NCBI GenBank assembly: GCA_964016885.1
Contig: OZ024756.1
Location: 27,280,001-27,344,000, forward strand
Reading direction: 5' to 3'
DNA: 64,000 nt
Origin: Eledone cirrhosa
Lineage: Eukaryota
Both the position numbers and the translations under genes were made by a program. Shown in pieces: positions 27,907-43,242 of this stretch. Under the pieces are notes generated by a model that was not told the origin of the DNA, did no database searches, and was given only the letters and a program-made list of their open reading frames with translations. How positions within the stretch are numbered: position 1 is the first letter of the stretch; every line of letters starts with the position of its first letter.

Positions 27907-28248
27907 AGTGAATTTGTAATTACGTAAGAATAAGCTGTCGCTATATAAACATAAAAGTAATTTGTAGTATTTAAAGTATCTGGTAACAAAGCGTATGTGT
28001 TATTGTTACTCAGAGTTCCATGATGGTATCCAGTTAACTACAGCAGTTTAATCTCAAGGGCACCATTAATCTTCAGCCTCTATGAAAGAAATATAAGATA
28101 AAATAACCCGGAAGCATTTATATATTTTCATAAAGGCTGAAGATTGATGTTGCCTGCGTGATTAAACTCCTGGGATTAATCAGATGCCATTAAGAAAGGT
28201 TGAGTATCTACGAAAACATATGATTAGCTGCCATGTACAATATATAAT

Positions 28249-28308
<60 letters not shown>

Positions 28309-28717
28309 GAATAATCGAGTAACGAAAAATCGGCGCACGAGTTCACGATAAACAAAATTCGAAATGAGCGGCAGAGGGCTCAATAATTCAGATAAATCAG
28401 AGCTATAACTATCGTTAAAATACCGACATACATAGAACATGTCTAAAATCAACCATACGACCGAAAAATTACGATCTGGAAGATTCGGGACACTCAGATA
28501 AAATATCAATAAATCAATAAATCAATATATATATATATATAGGGAGAGAGAGAAAGATATCTAAAATACCGACAGCGGTCAGGATTTTACATATCTCTAC
28601 TATACCAACTGTACATCTCGCCATGAATCGAGTACTCCCATGATTAGTGCTCTCTTTGGTCTCAGTACCGCAGACTCTCCCCCCCCTCTCTCTCTCTCTT
28701 TCTATATATATATTCTT

Positions 28718-29078
<361 letters not shown>

Positions 29079-29189
29079 TATATATATATATATGGCTTCT
29101 ACTATATTAAATATGTATACAGTACACCTTACTTACTGTGGTTACCTCCGATTGAACCCGGGAATAAACATATATATATATAAATATAT

Positions 29190-29472
29190 ATGCAAAAGTT
29201 TTATTTAAAATTGTTGGGTTACAACAAGTAAATATTTTATAACTGATATAAAGCACTCGACAAGTTTTTGGAGTAGATATACACTACCAAACCAGCTTCC
29301 TACATAATGGTCGCTCATATTTATGGTACGTCAAAATTATTTATAAAACTGTTTATATAATGTATTTTATCTGACGAAGGCATGCCATATTTTTAATATG
29401 GTATCCCCGAAATATGTATAATAAAATAAATATGGTTTTATAAATATAGTTTCCATTTGTTTAATATCGTAT
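29190..29472. mobile_element. Family B inverted insertion; hammerhead at 29363-29428 (+)
   Basis: tattttat-CTGACGA-aggcatgccatatt ttt aatatggtatcccc-GAAA-tatgta-TA-ataaaata. Confidence 0.75.
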
Positions 29473-29488
29473 AAATATATATATATAT

Positions 29489-29522
<34 letters not shown>

Positions 29523-30058
29523 TGTGTGTGCGTGTGTGTCTAGTGATGAACCACGTGGTCCGGGCTGCTGAATGATATTATGTTCCCACACAACACCGTT
29601 TATTCCACTAAGTAACGTATTGTGTCAACTCTGATATACTAATTTGTATTTACAAAATTTCTGTAAAATCATGGAGTGAGTGGCAAACGGCGATATTGGA
29701 CGAATTCTATTTGTCTGGTTCGTTGAAATTAATATGTCTGTGTGTGTGTGTGGGGGGGGGGGGGGGAGGTTTACTCAATACATAAAAAAAAAAGGTGAAC
29801 TGAATGACTTTAATTCATCAGTCTTTGATAACGACTATTGTAAAATAGGTTGTCAACAAAGACAGGTGAGGAATTTGGGTCTGCTTCAGAAATATTTAAA
29901 AGGGGCACCCAAGGAAACATGAGTACCCGAAATGACACCATGGAAATGTATATATATATATATATATACACACACAGACAACACACATACATATAACTTT
30001 GAATAACTTTGAAATGTTTTGGCCAGTATTGGCCCAGGCCATGTCTAACTTAATAGCA

Positions 30059-30118
<60 letters not shown>

Positions 30119-30247
30119 AAAATTATATTAAGGGTGTCATGTTCGAGACATGCGCCTGTGTGTGCATACACACTTTACAAATTATCCCCTGTGATTGTTT
30201 CATGTGTTTATTTTAGATATATATATATATGTCAATCGATTTCTAGT

Positions 30248-30283
<36 letters not shown>

Positions 30284-30566
30284 TAAAAGAGAAAACACAG
30301 GTAAGCATTAAGAGAAGGATTTTATCCAGGTATTTACGACCGTTTCATTGGTAAGTGCAACCTTATATTGCTATACGGCAAATAGCAGCCACTCAATTAT
30401 AATTGTTGTTCACGTCCAAATTTTCAAAATAGTGAGTAAGTTACTCTTGAAATAGTTCTTAATATATAGAGAAAAACATTTTTTTTTAATAATCTTCGTT
30501 GAAACCACCCATGAAACTGGCTTTCATAACCACGGACTGGATCACAATAAGCAATTTTCTGCTTCC

Positions 30567-30622
<56 letters not shown>

Positions 30623-30710
30623 ATATTGGAAAAGTAAAAAACAATAACAAGGAGTACAGTTACGAAAAGTGTTTGGTATTAGGTTCACGCTTGAGAGTGG
30701 GGGTGGAGGG

Positions 30711-30743
30711 ATGACGTTTCGGGCATAAGCCCTTCATCAGGAG
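30711..30743 (-). ncRNA. Minimal Penelope-type hammerhead core
   Basis: Minus strand: CTGATGA-agggc ttat gccc-GAAA-cg-TC; stem I is poorly formed. Confidence 0.55.
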
Positions 30744-30833
30744 AAAGATGGGAAAGAAAAGAGTTCCGAGAGGGTGTGAGGGGGAAGTGGTGGAAAAACA
30801 TTAAAAGAAAAAAATTAAAATTAAATATATATA

Positions 30834-31401
<568 letters not shown>

Positions 31402-31458
31402 TATATATATATATAGTGAGAGAGAGAGAGAGAGAGAGAGAACGATATATATATATAT

Positions 31459-31493
<35 letters not shown>

Positions 31494-31959
31494 TATATAT
31501 ATATATAGTGAGAGAGAGAGAGGGAATACATATATAATTTTTGATGATTTAGTGTTAAAGAATATCGAATAAAAACTAATGACAAAATAAAAAAAAATTA
31601 TTTCAAAAAATGAGGCCCACATTGTTGGGTGACCGTAAGCTATAACTTATTTACCCTATAGGTAGGTCCAGCCCTGTTCCTAAGTCGAAGTATTTCTCCC
31701 ATTATTTCTTAGTTCTTCTTCCTTTCTTTTCTTACTCTACTTTGATAACAACCCGACACGTTAGATCTTTTATCTCTTTCTATTTGATGTTAATATTTCC
31801 ACTATACACACACACCTTTTATTTGGCAAACTACCTGTCATCCATTTTCTTTGTTTGGTTTAAGTTTTTTTCATCATTTGTTTACTATGTTTCAAAGCCT
31901 TTACGTGTTAACTGTTTTGCGTGCCCTTGTCCTGTTGTGTAGTGTTAACACACACACAC

Positions 31960-32036
<77 letters not shown>

Positions 32037-32059
32037 TATATATATATATATATATATAC

Positions 32060-32169
<110 letters not shown>

Positions 32170-32369
32170 AACAACCAATCTGAAAATGTACACCCTACTT
32201 ATACTAGTTTAACCGTGTGTGTGTGTGGCCAGAAAAAATCGGTTGTGTTTCGACCTGGGGAGAGATGGAGTCCACCGGATGTAAAATGTCGAAGACATGT
32301 AAGAACGGCGCCCCTACGATTCCATCAAGAGTCAAGTGCCCGAGAATATGGCGGGCCCTCTATCGGTTA

Positions 32370-32670
32370 CGACGACGAGTGTTCCAGTTGATACGATCAA
32401 CAGAACAGCCTGCTCGTGAAATTAACGTGCAAGTGGTTGAGCATTCCGCAAACAAGCGTAGCTTTAACGAGTTCTCAGGGAGATTCGGTGAGACATAGAA
32501 TGTAACAAGGCTGGCCTTTCGAATTACAGGGACAAGTCATTTTTGCCAGCTGAGTGAACTGGAGCAACGTGAAATAAAGTGTCTTGCCCAAGGACGCAGT
32601 GCACTGCCGTGAATCGAACTCACGTCCTCACGATCGTGAGCCAAATTCCCTAACCACAAAGCAACGCGAG
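32370..32670 (-). mobile_element. SINE family 2-related element
   Basis: ggagcaacgtgaaataaagtgtcttgcccaaggac...aatcgaactc...ctaaccac (reverse of the tRNA head plus CORE-like segment). Confidence 0.7.
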
Positions 32671-32708
32671 AATGTAAGTGGATGGATATTACACAGAGAA
32701 CTGTGCCC

Positions 32709-35553
32709 TTAACCGTTTCGCATTTAAACCGGCCGTATCCGGCCAGAATTCTATCACCTCATTCTGTTCAAACTGGCTGGAATTGACCACTCCTACTTAT
32801 GTTAAGGAATTGTTCTCAAAATTAATAACATCAAAATCTCGTAGGTTCGATATTATGGGAAATAATTATGTGCGGTAAAGCCTTTACTGTGAAAATACGA
32901 TAGTATATATAGAGTAATGTAAATGTTATGTGAGATATTATGTGAGGTAAAGCCTTTACTGTGAAAATACAATAGTATATAGAGTAATGTAAATGTTATG
33001 TGAGATATTATGTGAGGTAAAGCCTTTACTGTGAAAATACAATAGTATATAGAGTAATGTAAATGTTATGTGAGATATTATGTGAGGTAAAGCCTTTACT
33101 GTGAAAATACAATAGTATATATAGAGTAATGTAAATGTTATGTGAGATATTATGTGAGGTAAAGCCTTTACTGTGAAAATACAATAGTATATAGAGTAAT
33201 GTAAATGTTATGTGAGATATTATGTGAGGTAAAGCCTTTACTGTGAAAATACAATAGTATATAGAGTAATGTAAATGTTATGTGAGATATTATGTGAGGT
33301 AAAGCCTTTACTGTGAAAATACGATAGTATATATAGAGTAATGTAAATGTTATGTGAGATATTATGTGAGGCAAAGCCTTTACTGTGAAAATACGATAGT
33401 ATATATAGAGTAATGTAAATGTTATGCGAGATATTATGTGAGGTAAAGCCTTTACTGTGAAAATACAATAGTATATATAGAGTAATGTAAATGTTATGTG
33501 AGATATTATGTGAGGCAAAGCCTTTACTGTGAAAATACAATAGTATATAGAGTAATGTAAATGTTATGTGAGATATTATGTGAGGTAAAGCCTTTACTGT
33601 GAAAATACAATAGTATATATAGAGTAATGTAAATGTTATGTGAGATATTATGTGAGGCAAAGCCTTTACTGTGAAAATACAATAGTATATAGAGTAATGT
33701 AAATGTTATGTGAGATATTATGTGAGGTAAAGCCTTTACTGTGAAAATACAATAGTATATATAGAGTAATGTAAATGTTATGTGAGATATTATGTGCGTT
33801 AAAGCCTTTACTGTGAAAATACAATAGTATATAGAATAATGTAAATGTTATGTGAGATATTATGTGAGGTAAAGCCTTTACTGTGAAAATACAATAGTAT
33901 ATAGAGTAATGTAAATGTTATGTGAGATATTATGTGAGGTAAAGCCTTTACTGTGAAAATACAATAGTATATAGAGTAATGTAAATGTTATGTGAGATAT
34001 TATGTGAGGTAAAACCTTTACTGTGAAAATACAATAGTATATATAGAGTAATGTAAATGTTATGTGAGATATTATGTGAGGTAAAACCTTTACTGTGAAA
34101 ATACAATAGTATATAGAGTAATGTAAATGTTATGTGAGATATTATGTGCAGTAAAACCTTTACTGTGAAAATACAATAGTATATAGAGTAATGTAAATGT
34201 TATGTGAGATATTTTGTGCAGTAAAACCTTTACTGTGAAAATACAATAGTATATAGAGTAATGTAAATGTTATGTGAGATATTATGTGAGGTAAAACCTT
34301 TACTGTGAAAATACAATAGTATATAGAGTAATGTAAATGTTATGTGAGATATTATGTGCAGTAAAACCTTTACTGTGAAAATACAATAGTATATGTAGAG
34401 TAATGTAAATGTTATGTGAGATATTATGTGAGGTAAAACCTTTACTGTGAAAATACAATAGTATATAGAGTAATGTAAATGTTATGTGAGATATTATGTG
34501 AGGTAAAACCTTTACTGTGAAAATACAATAGTATATAGAGTAATGTAAATGTTATGTGAGATATTATGTGCAGTAAAACCTTTACTGTGAAAATACAATA
34601 GTATATGTAGAGTAATGTAAATGTTATGTGAGATATTATGTGAGGTAAAACCTTTACTGTGAAAATACAATAGTATATAGAGTAATGTAAATGTTATGTG
34701 AGATATTATGTGCAGTAAAACCTTTACTGTTAAAATACAATAGTATATAGAGTAATGTAAATGTTATGTGAGATATTATGTGAGGTAAAGCCTTTACTGT
34801 GAAAATACAATAGTATATATAGAGTAATGTAAATGTTATGTTAGATATTATGTGAGGTAAAGCCTTTACTGTGAAAATACAATAGTATATGTAGAGTAAT
34901 GTAAATGTTATGTGAGATATTATGTGAGGTAAAGCCTTTACTGTGAAAATACAATAGTATATAGAGTAATGTAAATGTTATGTGAGATATTATGTGAGGT
35001 AAAGCCTTTACTGTGAAAATACAATAGTATATGTAGAGTAATGTAAATGTTATGTGAGATATTATGTGAGGTAAAGCCTTTATTGTGAAAATACAATAGT
35101 ATATGTAGAGTAATGTAAATGTTATGTGAGATATTATGTGAGGTAAAACCTTTACTGTGAAAATACAATAGTATATAGAGTAATGTAAATGCTATGTGAT
35201 ATATTATGTGAGGTAAAGCCTTTACTGTGAAAATACAATAGTATATAGAGTAATGTAAATGTTATGTGAGATATTATGTGAGGTAAAGCCTTTACTGTGA
35301 AAATACAATAGTATATAGAGTAATGTAAATGCTATGTGAGATATTATGTGAGGTAAAGCCTTTACTGTGAAAATACAATAGTATATAGAGTAATGTAAAT
35401 GCTATGTGAGATATTATGTGAGGTAAAGCCTTTACTGTGAAAATACAATAGTATATAGAGTAATGTAAATGCTATGTGAGATATTATGTGAGGTAAAGCC
35501 TTTACTGTGAAAATACAATAGTATATAGAGTAATGTAAATGCTAAAGGATTAA
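32709..35553. mobile_element. piggyBac-like (TTAA) MITE expanded by an internal satellite
   Basis: Starts ttaaccgtttcgcattta and ends taaatgctaaaggattaa; unexpanded ~230-240-bp copies at 37215 and 42490. Confidence 0.75.
32877..35543. repeat. 70/72-bp tandem satellite, ~38 copies
   Basis: Unit aaagcctttactgtgaaaatacaatagtatatagagtaatgtaaatgttatgtgagatattatgtgaggt; cctttact recurs at 32881, 32953 and 33023. Confidence 0.95.
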
Positions 35554-35808
35554 AGTTATCATGTGAGGTGGCGGCTGTGACGAAATATCAATACCCAAAG
35601 AAGAAGAACAACAAAAACAAAGAATTACTCACAATTATTTTATGTAGCGCCAAGGAAAACATGCTGCCTCTTGCGGAGAACATTTTCACTGAATATTCTC
35701 TGAGTACTTTCGGTTGCTACTCGGAGTTTCGTGGTTTCCCGCTGATCATGTGATTAACGGGAAACCGTTGAATACATAGTAACAACAGAGAGTAATTACA
35801 GTAATATA

Positions 35809-35887
<79 letters not shown>

Positions 35888-36019
35888 TCTCTTCTTTGGT
35901 ATTGAGCACTTTTTACTCGTCTTTGAAAACCTTGAACGAATATATATATATAATATTTATATATATATATATTATATATATATATATAATTATATATATA
36001 TAATTATATATTATATATA

Positions 36020-36056
<37 letters not shown>

Positions 36057-36088
36057 ATTATATATATATATATATAATTATATATATA

Positions 36089-36127
<39 letters not shown>

Positions 36128-37214
36128 ATTATATATATATATATATATATATAATTATATATATATATATATAATTATATATATATATATAATTATATAT
36201 ATATATATATAATTATATATATATATATATATATATATAATTATATATATATATAATATTATATATATATATAATTATATATATATATATAATTATATAT
36301 ATATATATATAATTATATATATATATATATAATTATATATATATATATATATAATTATATATATATATATATAATTATATATATATATATAATTATATAT
36401 TATATATATATAATTATATATATAAATGGTTATGTATATGTGTTTCTAGGTATGTATCTTGGTCTGTATAAAAATATTTTTGTGTGAGCGTCTATAATAA
36501 TAATAATAATAGTTGCGGTCTTTCCTTTATGTTTTAGTTCTTTTTGCTTTTTTGCTTTTTGCTTTTGTACACTCGTTTCCAATTGGTTTCACTTTTGAAT
36601 GGGGGTCTCGTTTGGTGTTTTTATAATTGTGATCATAATAAAAAAAAGTAAGTTATAGTGGCTGCTCTATAAACAGCTTCACACTCAACCTCACACTTTC
36701 CTTTAAGATACAGTAAATCTAAGAAGACGAAGAAGCAACATATTCCTTTCTACATATGGGTGTGTCTCTCCGCCGCCACCGCCTCCGATAGTAGTTGGCG
36801 CTTATCAACAGTACCGTAGGTGGAAGCATCTTATGCGGTTGCTCTGCCTGCCTTATAGAAATAACAGCCGAAAAACCTCACTTGAATAACGAAGAGAATA
36901 AAACGCTGGATAACATAATCCCAGATACTGAATGACCGAGACCCCGAGAGTAGGATGTGATAGTCATGATTGGAACGTCGTTGGTCATAAGTCAACACAA
37001 AGTCACGGCTGAACTTGGGTTACAAAAGAACTACAACGACAACAACTGTATAGAGGTTTTAAATAAATCCATACAGATTGAAGAAAGTAGAAAGAACACA
37101 TGACCGAGAGTAGAATGGGACAGTCATGATTTGAACATCTTCGATCATAAATCAATTCAAGTCAGGGCTGAGCTTCGGTTCCAAAATAACTACGATGTCA
37201 ACAATACAATAACA

Positions 37215-37456
37215 TTAACCCTTTAGCATTTAAACTGACCGTACCCGGCCAGAATTCTCTCACCTCTTTCTGTTCAAACGGATCATAACCAGCCGCTCAT
37301 ACCAACGTTAAGGTATTGTTCTCAAAATAAATAATATCAAAATTTCGTAGACTCGATACTATGTGAGTTAATTATATGAGATAATTATGTGAAATAAAGC
37401 CTTTAGTGCGAAAATACAATAGTAAATATAGAGTAATGTAAATGCTAAAAAGTTAA
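37215..37456. mobile_element. piggyBac-like MITE
   Basis: ttaa-ccctttagcattta ... taaatgctaaaaag-ttaa. Confidence 0.75.
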
Positions 37457-37680
37457 CAAGTGTATACAGGTTTAAAATGCACTCTGCAGATTGAAAAAAG
37501 TAGAAAATGTACATGAGAATTTGTGATGTCCATGCCGTTTTCTCTGAAGGTGTCCTTGTTGTCGTTTAGCGCCAGATCAACCCCAATCGGACAGACCAAT
37601 GAATGAAAGCATTGCAGCCGTGATAATACCGTATTACTTAGAGTAATATTTTTCTTGCTGTCTTCTATCATTCTATTTAT

Positions 37681-37721
<41 letters not shown>

Positions 37722-37984
37722 AGACATCATTTCTTCTCTCTGCACACAGACACACTACAAAACGATACGATTGAGTACACAGAACAAAATTAAAACAAAG
37801 AGGAGACACAGAGGAACAAGAATAGTCACTGAGAAGGTCAAAGTATGCGTGACGAAAGCGCTTTGACAACGATTAAACAAACACCTGGTTTCTAAACTAA
37901 CCAAAGAATGGATTAGCTACTTAATAATAAACTGAAGTGAAGCTCAACAGGTGTGTGTGTGTTTTTATTGCCAGCAGGACCCTC

Positions 37985-38021
<37 letters not shown>

Positions 38022-38226
38022 TTTCTGCTACTTAAACTATTTTGTTTGTTTACCCTAGCGTCCCCTTTATTTACGTGTCCCAACGACTTCTTTTTAGCCG
38101 TTGCTCGCACCAACCTGAGGTATATGGCCTTTAATGCGACGAAATGCCTACGACGGTTGGATGGCCACTGATGAGGACAAACTTTTTCATATGTAACCCA
38201 TTTGCAGCAGCGCCGCAGCTCCATTA
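38022..38226. repeat. TA-flanked dispersed repeat (reverse-complement copy at ~50655-50835)
   Basis: cgtcccctttatttacgtgtcccaacgactt is shared in the opposite orientation. Confidence 0.7.
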
Positions 38227-38329
38227 TTATATATATATATATATATATATACGGTACGAAACTCTCAGGTGAGCTGGACAGCAGGCCTTCAGAGGAGAAA
38301 CCCCACTCAAACGAGTGTTTCGGCCCTTA

Positions 38330-38408
<79 letters not shown>

Positions 38409-38451
38409 TTCAACTATGGAATTTGGTGTATTCATGTAATTTATTAATATA

Positions 38452-38517
<66 letters not shown>

Positions 38518-39003
38518 AGTGTGTGTGTATAGTTATACATCTACGCTCATTGACCCCCCCCCACACACACACACACACACACTCACACACACACTTATAT
38601 GCACATACAACAGACTGTTTTAACAAAACATATATATACGCTGTTTACTTGTAGGTAGATGTAAACATGCGAGATATGAATCCATCGTGGTATATTTATA
38701 GACATCTAAAAGAAATGCCTTCTCGTATAAATAAAAAAAAAAAAGATAGGTCAGCTGTCATTTCACTTACTGCCACCAACCACTCAACACATATGCAGTC
38801 TGTTCGCTTTTTACGCGAACTTGAATTACGCGAATTCGCTTTAATGCGTCTTGAAAAAATATTATTAAATATTTACTTTGCGCGAATAACGCGCTATAAT
38901 TTTTGGATTTTAATTTTTTTATTTTTTATCAGAAATATTAGACTCGAATTACGCGAATTTGTTTTACGCACTGTGTTCACGAAAGCATCTTTACGTAAAT
39001 AAC

Positions 39004-39148
<145 letters not shown>

Positions 39149-39254
39149 CACACACTGCTTGCCAACGAAGAAGCCGTTATGTTGTAGTTCGGTGTGTTAG
39201 TTATAGCAGCCAAACCTTTTACACACTAGAAGAATAAATTCTCATAGTGACAAA

Positions 39255-39255
<1 letters not shown>

Positions 39256-39285
<30 letters not shown>

Positions 39286-40085
39286 CTTCTTCTTCTTCTT
39301 CTACGCCCACCTATACCTGAGAGGGTTGTGGAGGCTAAGTCCTCAAACTCACCTTCCAGCGGGTCCTGTCTGAAGCAACCGTCTCCAACTGATCCGGCTT
39401 GATCCATGAAGCATGACCAGCCAAGCTCATGGATATTATCCAACCATCTTGCTCGGGGTCTACCCCTGTGTCTCTTACCGGTTGGTTTTGCCCGTAAAAT
39501 CTGCCCAGTGATTCTTTCCTGAGACATTCTAACCACATGTCAGTAGTATCGGAGCTGTGATCTCTCAATTCGGAGAAACAGTGGCTCTACCTGGTGTGTC
39601 TCTCTGATCTCCGAACTACAGATCTGTCCAGTGATTCTTTCCTGAGACATTCTAACCACATGTCAGTAGTATCGGAGCTGTGATCTCTCAATTCGGAGAA
39701 ACGGTGGCTCTACCTGGTGTGTCTCTCTGATCTCCGAACTACAGATCTGTCCAGTGATTCTTTCCTGAGACATTCTAACCACATGTCAGTAGTATCGGAG
39801 CTGTGATCTCTCAATTCGGAGAAACAGTGGCTCTACCTGGTGTGTCTCTCTGATCTCCGAACTACAGATCTGTCCAGTGATTCTTTCCTGAGACATTCTA
39901 ACCACATGTCAGTAGTATCGGAGCTGTGATCTCTCAATTCGGAGAAACAGTGGCTCTACCTGGTGTGTCTCTCTGATCTCCGAACTACAGATCTGACCAG
40001 TGATTCTTTCCTGAGACATTCTAACCACATGTCAGTAGTATCGGAGCTGTGATCTCTCAATTCGGAGAAGTAACGGCTCTACCTG
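39256..40085 (-). mobile_element. RTE LINE 3' end with (GAA)n tail and an internal 123-bp tandem amplification (~4.7 copies)
   Basis: SSEIRETHQVEPLFLRIERSQLRYY*HVVRMSQERITGQILRAKPTGKRHRGRPRARWLDNI; repeat starts at 39505, 39628, 39751, 39874 and 39997. Confidence 0.85.
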
Positions 40086-40097
40086 CAGTGACTTTCG

Positions 40098-40169
<72 letters not shown>

Positions 40170-40438
40170 ATAGAGCCCCAGAGAATTGTGAAAAAAAACA
40201 ACAACTAATTAACTGGTTATTTATTGTTCATTGTCTGCCTTTAGAATTTACCCACAACACGTGTCTCACATACAGTGAGTCATAGGATTAAGTGTGATAC
40301 AGTATATGACAAGAAAGTTTTAAAATGCCTCGGACAGTCATATATGCATGATGACGCGCCTACGACTCTATTAGAAGTTAAGGATCAGTGATAGTGTATG
40401 ATATACTACACACACATCCACACACACATATATATACA

Positions 40439-40533
<95 letters not shown>

Positions 40534-40647
40534 GTGTGTACGTGCCTGTGTATGTCTTCGAAATTATTCGCTATCACAATACTCTGGGGCACTATAGATA
40601 GACTGACAAACAAACAGACAGATATATATATATATATATATATATAT

Positions 40648-40856
40648 GTCAACATGAATGGACCTGTTATTTTTATCTAAAGACATTTTTTCCAATTCCA
40701 TCCCGCCCGTCCCCTCAGCCTATTTTATTTCTCATTCTTTCTTCTGATGAAGGACTCGCGACCGAAACGTTAAGACCCTCTTCCTGCTATATCAAACGTT
40801 AACCTAATATATACCTTCCATATACTGTACTGATTGTGTTATTTCCGTTTACCTTT

Positions 40857-40865
<9 letters not shown>
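40648..40865 (+). mobile_element. Dispersed repeat with a minimal hammerhead-like motif at ~40740-40775 (second copy ~52427-52645)
   Basis: tctt-CTGATGA-aggactcgcgacc-GAAA-cg-TT-aaga; the other copy reads CTGGTGA-aggac tagc gtcc-GAAA-cgct-aaga. Both end in (TA)n. Confidence 0.6.
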
Positions 40866-40887
<22 letters not shown>

Positions 40888-40888
<1 letters not shown>

Positions 40889-41080
40889 GGAAAAGAGTCA
40901 GGACCCCGACGGCCGTTTCGACAGCTAGATCCGAACTGCTAGATCTAGCTGTCGAAACGGAACGGCCGGAGCTCAGCCGTCGGGGTCCTGATTATTTCCT
41001 ATTGTCCACTCTACTACCCTAAGTATTAAGTACTCTGTTGCGTTATCGTCCACCTGGTATTTTACCATACACTCTTTGTT
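40888..41080 (+). mobile_element. TA-inserted fold-back element, family A subfamily
   Basis: Hairpin with apex near 40935 followed by the conserved arm. Confidence 0.8.
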
Positions 41081-41142
41081 TATATATATATATATACAGG
41101 GAGAGAGAAGGGGGGGATAGATAGATAGATAAATAGACAGAC

Positions 41143-41180
<38 letters not shown>

Positions 41181-42090
41181 ATATGTTTCTTTATTAGCCA
41201 CAGGGGCACAAAAGAAGGGGACAAATACAAAGGGGGAAGTTTACATACAATAAAAAACGTGTAAAATGTTATCACAAATGCAATTTAAAAAATTAGTCGA
41301 TTTTCCCCAATAGGGGGAGACAGTTCATATGGGTAACACATACCCCCCGAAAAAATGTGCAACCCTCATCTCCAAGAGTACGAAGAGTTTGTACTCCTTT
41401 CCTCTCCTCCTCCTTTTCCTCAACCTACAGGCTGATATAGAGAGAAGGCCCATTCACTCGGGCCATTCTCGTCAACTTTCACCCACCTTTTATAAAACTT
41501 GCTGGGGTACAGCACCTCTCTCTCCATCCTGATTCTTCTTCCAAAGTGGTATTTGAAAAAAAGATAGATAGATAGATAGATAGATATGATGGCGGTGCTT
41601 CAGGTTGGGCAAAGAATACGAGTTAGCAGTAGCAAAGATGCAAAAGAAGAATATATGTGTCTATTTATGTGTGTACTGGTGTGGACGGGTGTGTGTTAGA
41701 AAATGATGAATATTTACTAAGTGTGCGTGGGTTGCACGTCTGTATATTTATATATAATGACGGGTTTGTGTGACCCATCGGGTCACGTTCAAAAATCGTG
41801 TTCACTTAAAATCATGTTCATTTAAAAATAATTTTTACAGCTCTCTCTCTCTCTCTCTCTCACACTCTCTCTCGCTCTTCCATTTTCCTTCTTTCTCTCT
41901 CTCTCTTCCATTTTCCTTCTCTCTCTCTCGCTCGCTCTTCCATTTTCCTTCTCTCTTTCTCTCTCTCTCTTGCATTTTCCTTCTCTCTCTCTTTCTCTCT
42001 CTCTCTCTTCCATTTTCCTTCTCTCTCTCTCTCTCTCTCTCTCTTGCATTTTCCTTCTCTCTCTCTCTTTCTCTCTCTCTCTTCCATTTT

Positions 42091-42185
<95 letters not shown>

Positions 42186-42489
42186 AAGCTACTCTCTCAC
42201 AATCACTATCTCTTTCTCTCTATATTTCTCTCTCTCTCTAGGTATCCGGAAAAAACCCCGTATTTCGGGAACCCGTGCTCCGATTTATTTTATTCCATTT
42301 CTATCCCCATTTCAGGGGGCAACTTCCTTCCAAAGTATTTTCCCATTATGCGCCGTTTTGGTAATATTAAATTATAGACAAGGACACAATCACAGAGTTT
42401 TAGTAGTATATAGATATATAGATGACGCGTTTGTGTGACACGATAACATACATATTTCCATACGTATACGCACATGCATAATACGCTCA

Positions 42490-42715
42490 TACCCTTTAGC
42501 ATTTAGATTATTCTATATTTACTCTTGTATTTTCACAGTAAATGCTTTATCTTACATAATTATCTCACATAATATCGAATCTAAGAGATTTTGATATTAT
42601 TTATTTTGAGAACAATACCTTATCATCAGTACGAATGACTGGTTACAGCCAGTTTGAACAGAAACAGGTGAGAGAATTCTGGCCGGATATGGCCGGTTAA
42701 ATGCTAACGGGTTAA
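42490..42715. mobile_element. piggyBac-like MITE (inverted relative to 37215)
   Basis: accctttagcattta ... taaatgctaacgggttaa. Confidence 0.75.
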
Positions 42716-42989
42716 GTACAGCGTTAACTCAGGTTAACAAGGGTTAACACAGCCGATTACTTCCGTCGAAACGGCTTGAGTTCTGCTGTCGGGGTCATAC
42801 TTGTTCCTATATATATATATAGGCATTAGAGGTGCAAATTAATTGTCTCCGTAGACGGTATGCCATGTTGAGCACTCGATGTTCATGGAGAACAGAGTAT
42901 CAATAATAATTTTGTAATTAATTATGTATATGATGCAATACTGATTCTTTCTTCCCTTTTAATATTATATATATATATGTATAATATAC

Positions 42990-43103
42990 AAATGGCTTCT
43001 ACAGGACTAGAACTGTTTCATTCGGGAGAAATCATCATGAAGCATCAGGGCTCCCTGATGATTTCTCCCGAATGAAACAGTTCTAGCCCTGTAGAAGCCA
43101 TTT
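42990..43103. mobile_element. Short fold-back with a hammerhead-like motif at 43046-43091
   Basis: cagggctcc-CTGATGA-tttctcccgaat-GAAA-cagt-TC-tagccctg; related copy on the minus strand at ~25182-25230. Confidence 0.6.
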
Positions 43104-43182
43104 CTATACTAAATATTTATTATACTGCTATGCATTGAGTACCTTACTTACTGTGGTTACCCCCGATTGAACCTGGGATAAA

Positions 43183-43242
<60 letters not shown>

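Noticed and set aside
28040-28180. Inverted repeat with CTGAAGA motifs
   Set aside because: GAAA is replaced by TAAA and stem II is unconvincing; not called as a ribozyme.
32877-35543. CRISPR-like regular repeat
   Set aside because: No unique spacers and no cas genes; a eukaryotic MITE-derived tandem repeat.
38160-38200. CTGATGAGGAC motif
   Set aside because: No downstream GAAA/NUH or stem II partner in either copy of this repeat.
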